Assembly (NCBI RefSeq): GCF_004010195.1
Contig: NC_057756.1
Coordinates: 6,923,632-6,955,858, forward strand
Source: Chiloscyllium plagiosum
Taxonomy: Eukaryota
Length of the DNA stretch: 32,227 nt
Reading direction: 5' to 3'
Under the pieces are notes generated by a model. That model saw only the letters and a list, made by a program, of their open reading frames with translations. It had not been told where the DNA came from and did no database searches. The translations under genes were made by a program, and so were the position numbers. Of this stretch, positions 23,227 through 32,227 are shown one piece after another; the first letter of the stretch is position 1; each line of letters starts with the position of its first letter.

Positions 23227-24160
23227 ATGGTCTTTAATAGAGTGATATGTACTTCTTGTCAGATGTGGGAGCTTAAAGAGAGTATAAGGGTTACTGCGGA
23301 TTATATCTGCCATAAATGCTGCTGGCTGCAAACCTTATCAGTTCGAATGGATCGGTTGGAGAGACAGTTAGAAGTGATGAGGAATTTGCAACAGCAACAG
23401 TATGTGATGGATGGCATTTATAAGAAGGGGGAAAGTCTCAGGTACAGTCACATAGATGGGTTAACTCCAGAAAGGGTAAGAGAGGTAGGCAGCTACTGCA
23501 GGAGTCTTTGGTGGATATACCCATTTCAAACAGGTATGTTGCTTTGGAAAATGTGGGGGGTGATGGATTCTCAGGGGAACGTAGCACGAACAGCCAAGTT
23601 TCTGGTATTGAGACTGGCTCTAATGCAATGAGTGGTACGTCGGGTTCCAAGAGGTCAATTGTGTTAGAGGATTCTCTAGTTCGAGGTATAGACAGATGTA
23701 TCTGTGGCCAGCGGCTAAAAAGCAGAATGGTGTGTTGCTTCCCTGGTGCCAGGATCAAGGATGTCTCAGAGAGAGTGCAGAATGTTCTCATGGGGGAGAG
23801 GGGCCAGCAAGATGTCATTGTCCACTTTGGAACCAATGACATAGGAAGGGAAAAAGTTGAGACTCTGAAGGGAGATTACAGAGAGTTAGGCAGAAATTTA
23901 AAAAGGAGGTCCTCGAGTGTAGTAATATCTGGATTACTCCCAGTGCTACGAACAAGTGAGGGCAGGAACAGGAGGATAGAGCAGATGAATGCATGGCTGA
24001 GGAGCTGGTATATGGGGGAAGGATTCACATTTTTGGATCATTGGAATCTCTTCTGGGGTAGAAGTAACCTGTACAAAAGGACGGATTGCACCTAAATTGG
24101 AAGGGGACTAATATACTGGCAGGGAAATTTGCTAGAGCTGCTCGGGAGGATTTAAACTAG
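23227..24160 (+). pseudogene. CR1 ORF1 (Zn finger, coiled coil, SGNH esterase)
   Basis: CTSC...CHKC, VLEDSLVRG, PGARIKDV, VHFGTNDI, DGLHLN; frameshifts at about 23430 and 24078. Confidence 0.9.
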
Positions 24161-26267
24161 TAAGGTGGGGGGGGGGGGGACCCAGGGAGATAGTGAAGAA
24201 AGAGATCAATCTGAGATGGGTACAGCTGAGAATAGAAATGAGTCAAACAGTCAGGGCGGGCAGGGACAATGTAGGACTAATAAATTAACTGCATTTATTT
24301 CAATGCAAGGGGCCTAACAGAGAAGGCAGATGAACTCAGGGCATGGTTAGGAACATGGGACTGGGATATCATAGCAATTACAGAAACATGGCTCAGGGAT
24401 GGGCAGGACTGGCAGCTTAATGTTCCAGAATACAAATGCTACAGGAAGGATAGAAAGGGAGGTAAAAGAGGAGGGGGAGTGGCATTTTTGATAAGGGATA
24501 GCATTACAGCTGTGCTAAGGGAGGATATTCCCGGAAATACATCCAGGGAAGATATTTGGGTGGAACTGAGAAATAAGAAAGGGATAATCACCTTATTGGG
24601 ATTATATTATAGACTCCCAAATAGTCAGAGGGAAATTGAGAAACAAACTTGTAAGGAGATCTCAGCTAATCTGTAAGAAAAATAGGGTGGTTATGGAAGG
24701 GGATTTTAACCTTCCAAACATAAACTGGGACTGCCATAGTGTTAAGGGTTTAGATGGAGAGGAATTTGTTAAGTGTGTGAAAGACAATTTTCTGATTCAG
24801 TATGTGGATGTACCTACTACAGAAGGTGCAAAACTTCACCTACTCTTGGGAAATAAGGCAGGGCAGGTGACTAAGGTGTCAGTGGGAGAGCACTTTGGGG
24901 CCAGCGACCATAATTCTATTCGTTTTAAAATAATGATGGAAAAGGATAGACCAGATCTAAAAGTTGAAGTTCTAAATTGGAGAAAGGCCAATTTTGACGG
25001 TCTTAGGCAAGAACGTTTGAAAGCTGACTGGGGGCAGATGCTTGCAGGTAAAGGGACGGTTGGAAAATGGGAAGCCTTCAGAAATGAGATAAAGAGAATC
25101 CAGAGAAAGTATGTCCCTGTTAGGATGAAAGGAAAGGCTGGTAATTATAGGGAATGCTGGATGACTAAAGAAATTGAGGGTTTGGTTAAGAAAAACAAGG
25201 AAGCATATGTAAGGTGTAGACAGGGTAGATTGAGTGAATCCTCAGAAGAGTACAAAGGAAGTAGGAGTCTACTTAAGAGGGAAATCAGGAGGACAAAAAG
25301 GGGACATGAAATAGCTCTAGCAAATAGAATTAAGGAGAATCCAAAGAATTTTTACAAATACATTAAGGACAAAAGGGTAACTAGGGAGAGAATAGGGCCC
25401 CTCAAAGATCAGCAAAGCGGCCTTTGTGTGGTGCCACAGAAAATGGTGGAGCTACTAAATGAATATTTTGCATCAGTATGAAAAGTGGAAAAGGATATGG
25501 AAGATATAGACTGTAGGGAAATAGATGGTGACATCTTGCAAAATGTCCAGATGACAGATGAGGAAGTGCTGGATGTCTTGAAACGGTTAAAGGTGGATAA
25601 ATCCCCAGGACCTGATCAAGTGTACCCTAGAACTCTGCGGGAAGCTAGAGGAGTGATTGCTGGGCCTCTTGCTGAGATATTTGTATCATCGATAGTCACA
25701 GGTGAGGTGCCGGAAGACTGCAGGTTGGCTAACGTGGTGCCACTGTTTAAGAAGGATGGTAAAGACAAGCCAGGGAACTACAGACCATTGAGCCTGAGGT
25801 CAGTGGTGGGCAAGTTGTTGAAGGGAATCCTGAGGGACAAGATGTACATGTATTTGGAAAAGCAAGGACTGATTAGGGATAGTCAACATGGCTTTGTGCA
25901 TGGGAAACCATGTCTCATAAACTTGATTGCATTTTTTGATGAAGTAACAAAGAGGATTGATAATGGCAGAGCAGTGGAAGTGACCTATATGGACTTCAGT
26001 AAGGCATTCAACAAGGTTCCGAGTGGGAGACTGGTTCGCAAGGTTAGATCTCATGGAGTACAGGGATACAGAACTGGCTCAAAGGTAGAAGACAGAGGGT
26101 GGTGGTGGAGGGTTGTTTTTCAGTCTGGAGGCCTGTGACCAGTGGAGTGCCACAAGGATCAGTGCTGTGTCCACTACTTTTCATCATTTATATAAATGAT
26201 TTGGATGTGAGCATAAGAGGTATAGTTAGTAAGTTTGCAGATGACACCAAAATTGGAGGTGTAGATA

Positions 26268-26945
26268 GGTTAAATATTTCTGTTCTCCCAGGAGTGCCTA
26301 GGGTTACAGCACGGAGGGGATGGGTTGAGTGCCCACTTTTAACTTTCTTGTTATAAGATGTGTGTATTTTTTTTCTTACTTTGTGTTGTCTGGGGTGGAG
26401 GCGTGGCTTCAGCTGGAAGGAGCCATGGAGGGGTTCCTGGGTCCTATGAGCGCCTCCTTAGGCAAGGGGGAAATTCTCCTTTCATTTGTGCTCCATGTCG
26501 GTATGTTGTAGAAGTAGCTGTTAGAAATTTTGATTTGGTAGTTTTGGAAGATGTATTTTTAAATTTAAGATTCTTTCATTCTGTGCGAGGAAGAACATTC
26601 TAATGAGCTGGGTGCCGGAGAATCCCCCGGGACGTTCAGGCCGGCGTAGATTTGTCATGGAGCACGTCCCCCCTGGCATTGTATGGTGCACCAGAGTATG
26701 ATGCACCAGAAAACGGAGTAGTTTTATCGAACATGGCGGCCTTTTCTGAATTATATAGATGCATACTCGTCGGTTATATCGATCAGGGCCTTTGTGTAGT
26801 CTTGAGGGCTATGTCCAACAATCCAGGGAGCCCTGGGAGTAAGAATCCTTAACAAATATGTGTTGGCTTCTCATGCTTCCGGTGGGGGGGGAGCTTTGGT
26901 GGGATTGCGCTGAGTGTTATAATTTAATGGAATATAATTTAGGTT
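26268..26945 (+). mobile_element. L1-derived fragment: spacer-like DNA fused to ORF2 C-terminus and 3'UTR
   Basis: From about 26574 SFCARKNILMSWVPENPPG...VMEHVPL...FYRTWRPFLNY, homologous to 11858-12079. Confidence 0.8.
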
Positions 26946-26952
26946 ACAGTAC

Positions 26953-27261
26953 GGCGGCATGGTGGCTCAGTGGTTAGCACTGCTGCCTCACAGCACCAGG
27001 CACCCGGGTTCGATTCCTGCCTCAGGCCACTGTCAGTGTGGGGTTTGTACATTCTCCCCGTGTCTGCGTGGGTTTCCTCCCACGGTCCAAAGATGTGCAG
27101 GTCAGGTGAATTGACCATGCCAAATTGCCCCTTGCATTAGGTTTATTACTCAGGGGTAAATATAGGGTAGGGGAATGGGTCTGGGTGGGTTACTCTTCGA
27201 AGGGTCGATGTGGACTTGTTGGGCTGAAGGTCCTGTTTCCACACTGTCGGGAATCTAATCT
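26953..27261 (+). mobile_element. tRNA-derived V-SINE (HE1-like)
   Basis: A box TGGCTCAGTGG 26963-26973, B box GGTTCGATTCC 27007-27017, V-domain-like core, CR1-like tail ending (aatct)n. Confidence 0.9.
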
Positions 27262-27849
27262 TACCTTGGTATGTGGCTGAGGAGGACATGGGTTAGGCCA
27301 CTTTTGGAATATTGCATGCAATTCTGGTCTCCTTCCTATCGGAAAGCTGTTGTGAAACTTGAAAGGGTTCAGAAAAGATTTACAAGGATGTTGCCAGAGT
27401 TGGAGGATTTGAGCTATAGGGAGAGGCTGAACAGGCTGGGGCTGTTTTCCCTGGAGTGTCAGAGGCTGAGGGGTGACCTTATAGAGGTTTACAAAATTAT
27501 GAGGGGCATGGATCGGGTAACTAGGCAAAGTCTTTTCCCTGGGGTCGGGGAGTCCAGAACTAGAGGGCATAGGTTTAGGGTGAAAGGGGAAAGATATAAA
27601 AGAGACCTACGGGGCAATGTTTTCATGCAGAGGTTGGTCCGTGTATGAAATGAGCTGCCAGAGGATGTGGTGGAGGCTGGTACAATTGCAACATTTAAGA
27701 GGCATTTGGATGGGCATATGAATAGGAATGGTTTGGAGGGATATGGGCCGAGTGCTGGCCGGTGCGACTAGATTGGGTTGGAATATCTGGTTGGCATGGA
27801 TGAGTTGGACCGAAAGGTCTGTTTCCATGCTGTACATCTCTATGATTCT

Positions 27850-28463
27850 AACATCCTTTCAATAGGAAGTCGAACAGAACTGCACATAACAGTGGCCTCA
27901 CCAATGTCCTGTACAGCCGCAACATGACCTCCCAAATCCCATACTCAATACTCTGACCAATAAAGGAAAGCATGCCAAACTCCTTCTTCACTATCCTATC
28001 TACCTGCGACTCTACTTTCAAGCAGCTATGAATCTGCACTCCAAGATTCAGCAACATTCCCTTGGACCTTACCATTTAGTGTTAAGTCCTGCTAAGATTT
28101 GCTTTCTCAAAATGCAGCACTTCGTATTTATCAAAATTAAACACCATCTGCCACTTCTCAACCCATTGGCCCATCTGAGCAAGATTCCATTGTACTCTGA
28201 GGTGATCTTCCTCACTGTCTACTGCACCTCCAATTTTGGTGTCATCTGCAAACTTACTAACTATACCTCCTATGTTCACAACCAAATCATTTGTATAAAG
28301 GACAATAAGCAGTGGAGTCCACACCTCTCCTGGTGGCACACCCTTAGTCACAGACCTCCAGTCTGAAAAACAACCCTCCACCACCACCCTCTGTCTTCTA
28401 CCTTTGAGCCAGTTCTGTTTCAAAATGGCTAGTTCTCCCTGTATTCCATGAGATCTAACTTTT
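27850..28463 (-). mobile_element. Older CR1, 5' half of the RT fragment
   Basis: [28 protein letters not shown]. Confidence 0.9.
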
Positions 28464-28824
28464 GCTCTGTACAGTGTTAAGTAAATAATGAAACAAACAA
28501 ACAATCATCCATTCCACTCTGCCCTAACTGCCCTCCCCTCCAGGTCCACACCTTTCTCTAGATCCTCTCCCATCTTCCATCTTGTTCTCTCCACAGTGCT
28601 TCCCAACTACTCAATGTATTTGTTCCCCTAAATTCCTGACAGCTCAGTCTCCCTCCCTAAACATTATATTCATCAACATTGTGACTACTTAGTTCTCCTT
28701 AGGATACTGCCAACCTCCATAATGGAACAACTATTCAAAGTCCCAAATCCCGATCCATCCTCAACGAAGAATACTTGATCCCTTCACTGTGAAAGCTATC
28801 ACCCCCAAACCCAATTTCCTCTTT

Positions 28825-29130
28825 TTAGTCATCCTCTGGATGTGGATGCCATTGGCCCATTTATTCCCCGTCCCTAACTGCCCCTTGAGTAGGTGGGGGT
28901 GAGCTGCCTTCTTGAACCGCTGCAGTCCATGTGCCAGAGATTGACCCACAATGCCCTCTGGGAGAGAATTCCAGGATTTCGACCCAGTGACACTGAAGGA
29001 ACAGTGATATATTTCCAAGTCAGGATGGTGAGTGGCTTGGAGATGGTGGTGTTGCCACGTATTTGCTGCCCGAGTGTCTTAGGTGGTAATGCTCATGAGC
29101 TTGGAAGGTGCTGACTTGGTAAATATCTGC
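28825..29130 (-). mobile_element. L2/CR1-group LINE 3' end
   Basis: FSVTGSKSWNSLPEGIV...LQRFKK...HLL C-terminal motif. Confidence 0.7.
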
Positions 29131-29142
29131 AATACATACAGC

Positions 29143-29602
29143 ATAGAACATTACAGCACAGTACAGCCCTTCTGCCCTTGATGTTATGCTGACCTGTGGA
29201 TCCAATCTGAAGCTCATCTAATCTACACTATTCCATTCTTATCCATATGCCTACCCAATGACCATTTGAATGCTCTTAAAGTTGGTGTGTCCACTACTGT
29301 TGCAGGCAGTGTGTTCCACGCCCCTACGACTCTGAGTAAAGAAACTACCTCTGACATCTGTCCCTAATCCAAGTCTGCAACTGTTTGATTTGAGGAAGAT
29401 TAACCTGCATCTTGGCAGGATACTGTCAGCAGACGTGGGTCATGTAGGCTAAATTGCCCGTAGTGTTAGGTGAAGGGGTAAATGTAGGGGAATGGGTCTG
29501 GGTGGGTTTCGCTTCGGCGGGTAGGTGTGGACTTGTTTCTACACTGCAAGTAATCTAATCTAATCTATATCACCGCTCAATTTAAAGTGCGGTCCCCTCG
29601 TT
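29143..29602 (-). mobile_element. CR1 3' fragment interrupted by an insert (about 29363-29566) ending in an HE1-like SINE 3' half on the + strand
   Basis: 3'UTR matches 16850-16940 in reverse; SINE tail (aatct)n at about 29552-29566. Confidence 0.75.
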
Positions 29603-29850
29603 AAAAGGGACGACAGGGGCAGCTTTTTCACGTAGAGAGTGGTACATGTAAGGAATAAGCTGCCAGAGGAAGTGGTGGAGGCTGGTACAATTACAGCATT
29701 TAAAAGCCATCCAGATGGGTATATGAATAGGAAGGGTTTAGAGAGATATGGGCCAAGTGCTGGCAAATGGGACTCGATTAATTTGGGATATCTGGTTGGC
29801 ACGGATGAGTTGCTCCGAAGGGTCTATTTCCATGCTGTACATCTCTATGA
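29603..29850 (+). mobile_element. CR1 3' fragment
   Basis: NKLPEEVVEAGTITAFK and tail catctctatgac, similar to 27598-27849. Confidence 0.88.
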
Positions 29851-30069
29851 CAGAGTGCATCGTCAATGGGAGAGGCAAGGATAGTCAGCATGGCTTTATC
29901 AGGGTGTGATCTGGGTGGAATGGTCGCTCATGGTTAGTGCTGCTGTCTCAGAGCGCCAGGAGCCTGGGTTCAATTCCAGCCTTGAGCAGCTGTCTGTGTG
30001 GAGTTTGCACGTTCTACCTGTATCTGTGTAGGTTTCCTCTGGTTGCTCAGCTTTAACAGTTCAAAGATG

Positions 30070-30273
30070 TTGAAGAGCATGGTGCTGGAAAAGCACAGCT
30101 GGTCAGACAACATCTGTGGAGCAGGAGAATCGATGTTTCAGGGATAAGACCTTCATTAGAAAATGTCGAAATATCGATTCTCCTGCTCCCTGGATGCTAC
30201 CTGACTGGCTCTGCTTTTCCAGCACCACTCTCTTCGAATCCGATCTCCAGTGTCTGCAGTCCTCGCTATCTCC
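30070..30273. mobile_element. Palindromic PLE family B pLTR mini-insert
   Basis: Arms 30080-30139 and 30168-30227; TSD cagtYcaaagatg at 30057-30069 and 30274-30286. Confidence 0.82.
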
Positions 30274-30282
30274 CAGTCCAAA

Positions 30283-30580
30283 GATGCGCAGGTTTGGTAG
30301 ATTGCCCCTGCGAAATTGTCCCATAGTGTCCAGGGATGTGCAGGTTAGGGTGGATTGGCTGTGCTAAATTGTCCCATAGTGCCCGGGGATGTGCAGGTTA
30401 GGGTGAATTGGCCGTGCTAAATTGTCCCATAGTTCCTAGGTATGTGCAGGTTACGGTGGATTGGCCATGCTAAATTGTCCCATAGTGTTCAGGGATGTGC
30501 AGGCTAGGGTGGATTGGCCATGCTAAATTGTCCCATAGTGCCAAAGATGTGCAGGCTAGGTGGGTTAGTCATGGGAAATG
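30283..30580. repeat. 53-bp tandem repeat, 5 units plus a partial unit
   Basis: Unit starts at 30283, 30335, 30388, 30441, 30494 and 30546. Confidence 0.93.
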
Positions 30581-30711
30581 TAGGTTTACGGGCCGATGGT
30601 GGGTCTGGGTAGAATGCTCTTCAGAGGGTCAGTGTGGGCTGAGTGGCCTTTCCCCATACTGTAGGGATTCTGTGATTGAATCAATGAACTAGGATTGGCC
30701 TTTTACAAAAA

Positions 30712-30873
30712 AAAATGATGGATGTGTGAATAAATGTAGTGCATCTGACTTTGGTCTTGCATGGGAGACTGGTCAATATGGTAAGAACCCTTCGGATCCG
30801 GAAAATTTTGGCAACTAAATTGGATACTAAACTGGCTTGGTGTCAGGAAACAGACAGTGGTTGTCAAAGATTG
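30712..30873 (+). mobile_element. Highly decayed CR1 RT fragment
   Basis: catgggagactggtc and NWLGVRKQTVVV. Confidence 0.55.
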
Positions 30874-30982
30874 TGGTGATGAGACATTCTGCCAATCTGC
30901 TCAGAGAACCATGCATTAGGATCCAGCCTCTCCTTTTCCCTTGGGGGTCTTGAGGACTCTACGTGCTGATCACTTCCTGACG

Positions 30983-32227
30983 GACTGGGTTGAATGAGTA
31001 AAGTATACTGTAAAAAGTCTGAACAAAAGCAATTGCTATGGATGTGCCTCCGGTAGGCCAGTGGCCCAGGTGGTTCCCTTTCCACTCGGGTGGAAGCGAG
31101 ACAGGAAGGGCATGAAATGTATGATAGCCCTGTATCAGGATGAGACTGCATGGAATGATAGGAATTGTACCTCCCTATCTCTGATGTTCCCTCCCTTGGA
31201 GGAGAAAGATGCAAAAGTTCCCCCCACATTTTCCGCCGCAGTTGGAAATCACACGTCATGTGTGCACAGGCGAGGTACGAGTCGGTCGAGACATTTGGGG
31301 GAGCTGAAATTATGTACAGAGATTAAGAATGTTACCGAAACGAAGAAGGGAGGGAACTACTCAGCATTAAAGGTTCCCCGAGCGGATCTGTGGTGGTAAT
31401 GTGGAGGAAAAATATTGAGACCCACCCTACCTCCGGATTGGAAAGGGATATGCGCAATTGTACAATTGGCAATTCCATTTACCCTGGCATTTGAGAAGGA
31501 AAAGATAATAGGGAAAAAGAGAAGGGGTAAGAGATAACTGTTAGATACTTCTTTGGATGACAGGATTTATCTCGATTCGGTAGGAGTCCCTAGGGGAGTA
31601 CCTGAATTCAAAGCTCGTAACCAGATTGCACCAGGCTTTGAGTCAGCTCTCTTTTGGTGGGTAACAATTAATAAAAATGTAGACTGGATAAATTACATTT
31701 TCTATAATCAACAGCGATTTATAAATTATACAAGAGAGGCGGTTAAAGGAATATCAGAACAGCTTGATGCGACAAGTAGGATAGCATGGGAAAATAGAAT
31801 AGCCCTTGATATGATATTAGCAGAGAAAGGGGATGTATGTGTGATGTTAGGAGGAAGCTGTTGTACCTTTATTCCTAATAACACTGCGCCTGATGGTTCG
31901 ATTACTCGGGCCTTAGTACCTTAGCAGAGGAACTGGCTGAGAATTCAGGAGTAGACACATCACTCACGGGATGGCTTGAATCCTGGTTTGGAAAATGGAA
32001 GGGGGTGGTGGTTTCTATCCTTACTTCCCTGATAGTAGTAGTCGGGATATTGGTGGCCATTGGCTGTTGTGTCATACCCTGTATACGAGGGCTCACCCAG
32101 AGGCTGATTGAAACAGCCTTGATGAAACGAATGCCCCTGAGGGGAAATTTGACAGAGGGACTTTATCAACTAAATAATAAGGAGATGAGTGAGACTAAGA
32201 TGGATGAAATCTCTGAAATGATGCTTG
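30983..32227 (+). pseudogene. env: Endogenous retrovirus envelope (gamma-type, fish-ERV-like), 5'-truncated, runs off right edge
   Basis: SU CYGC 31034-31045, furin RGKR 31523-31534, ISD WENRIALDMILAEKGDVC, CX6CC (CVMLGGSCC), hydrophobic TM at about 32005-32080; stops at 30995, 31397 and 31535, frameshift at about 31915. Confidence 0.93.

Larger units (their letters stand above)
24282..27771 (+). pseudogene. CR1 ORF2 (APE + RT), disrupted and interrupted
   Basis: [51 protein letters not shown]; resumes at about 27284 with VRPLLEYC, RLRGDLIE. Confidence 0.93.
22835..27849 (+). mobile_element. Near-full-length CR1 LINE, copy 2
   Basis: 5'UTR, ORF1, ORF2, tail ctctatgattct, TSD aacat at 22830-22834 and 27850-27854; part of RT replaced by 26268-27283. 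Confidence 0.95.
29912..30670 (+). mobile_element. HE1-like V-SINE with internal PLE insertion and tandem expansion
   Basis: Degenerate A box, B box ggttcaattcc at about 29967-29977, V domain, tail ccatactgtagggattct. Confidence 0.85.

Noticed and set aside
23420..23440. Canonical -1 ribosomal slippery site in CR1 ORF1
   Set aside because: GGGAAAG is not in X_XXY_YYZ phase and copy 1 has GCG there; kept only as a shared lesion.
26953..27030. tRNA gene
   Set aside because: A and B boxes are followed by a SINE core and LINE-like tail; I could not fold a complete cloverleaf.
2510..27849. Large inverted segmental duplication of the two CR1 copies
   Set aside because: Homology stops at element boundaries, flanks differ, and copy 2 has its own TSD.
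28464..28824. Pyrimidine-rich stretch as a possible feature
   Set aside because: No ORF, repeat or motif I can support.
30283..30580. CRISPR-like array
   Set aside because: Contiguous units with no unique spacers, SINE-derived, eukaryotic context, no cas genes.
30983..32227. Domesticated syncytin-like gene
   Set aside because: Three in-frame stops, a frameshift and no signal peptide.

Overview
Eukaryotic, transposon-saturated DNA with no recognisable host protein-coding gene. HE1/V-SINE-type SINEs, several CR1 subfamilies and Penelope-like repeats point to a cartilaginous fish, probably a shark (inference). Contents: (i) a full-length, decayed L1-clade LINE with target-site duplications (6579-12406), nested in a near-full-length CR1 that is itself nested in a Penelope-like element (PLE); (ii) a second near-full-length CR1 of the same subfamily (22835-27849) inserted in an older CR1; (iii) many Neptune-type PLE pieces (RT, Cys linker, GIY-YIG) whose pseudo-LTRs carry minimal hammerhead-ribozyme motifs and which mostly occur as head-to-head inverted pairs; (iv) three short segments copied from nearby sequence; (v) two tRNA-derived HE1-like SINEs plus a SINE tail; (vi) an internally deleted L1 derivative; (vii) a disrupted gamma-type retroviral env running off the right edge. 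All coding remnants are pseudogenised. Only about 630-2080 looks non-repetitive. I found no clearly new biological system; the best leads are the hammerhead/PLE fold-back architecture, the templated insertions, the ORF2-deleted L1 and the shared CR1 ORF1 lesions. Family names come from motif recognition, not database searches, and boundaries are approximate unless a TSD is quoted.
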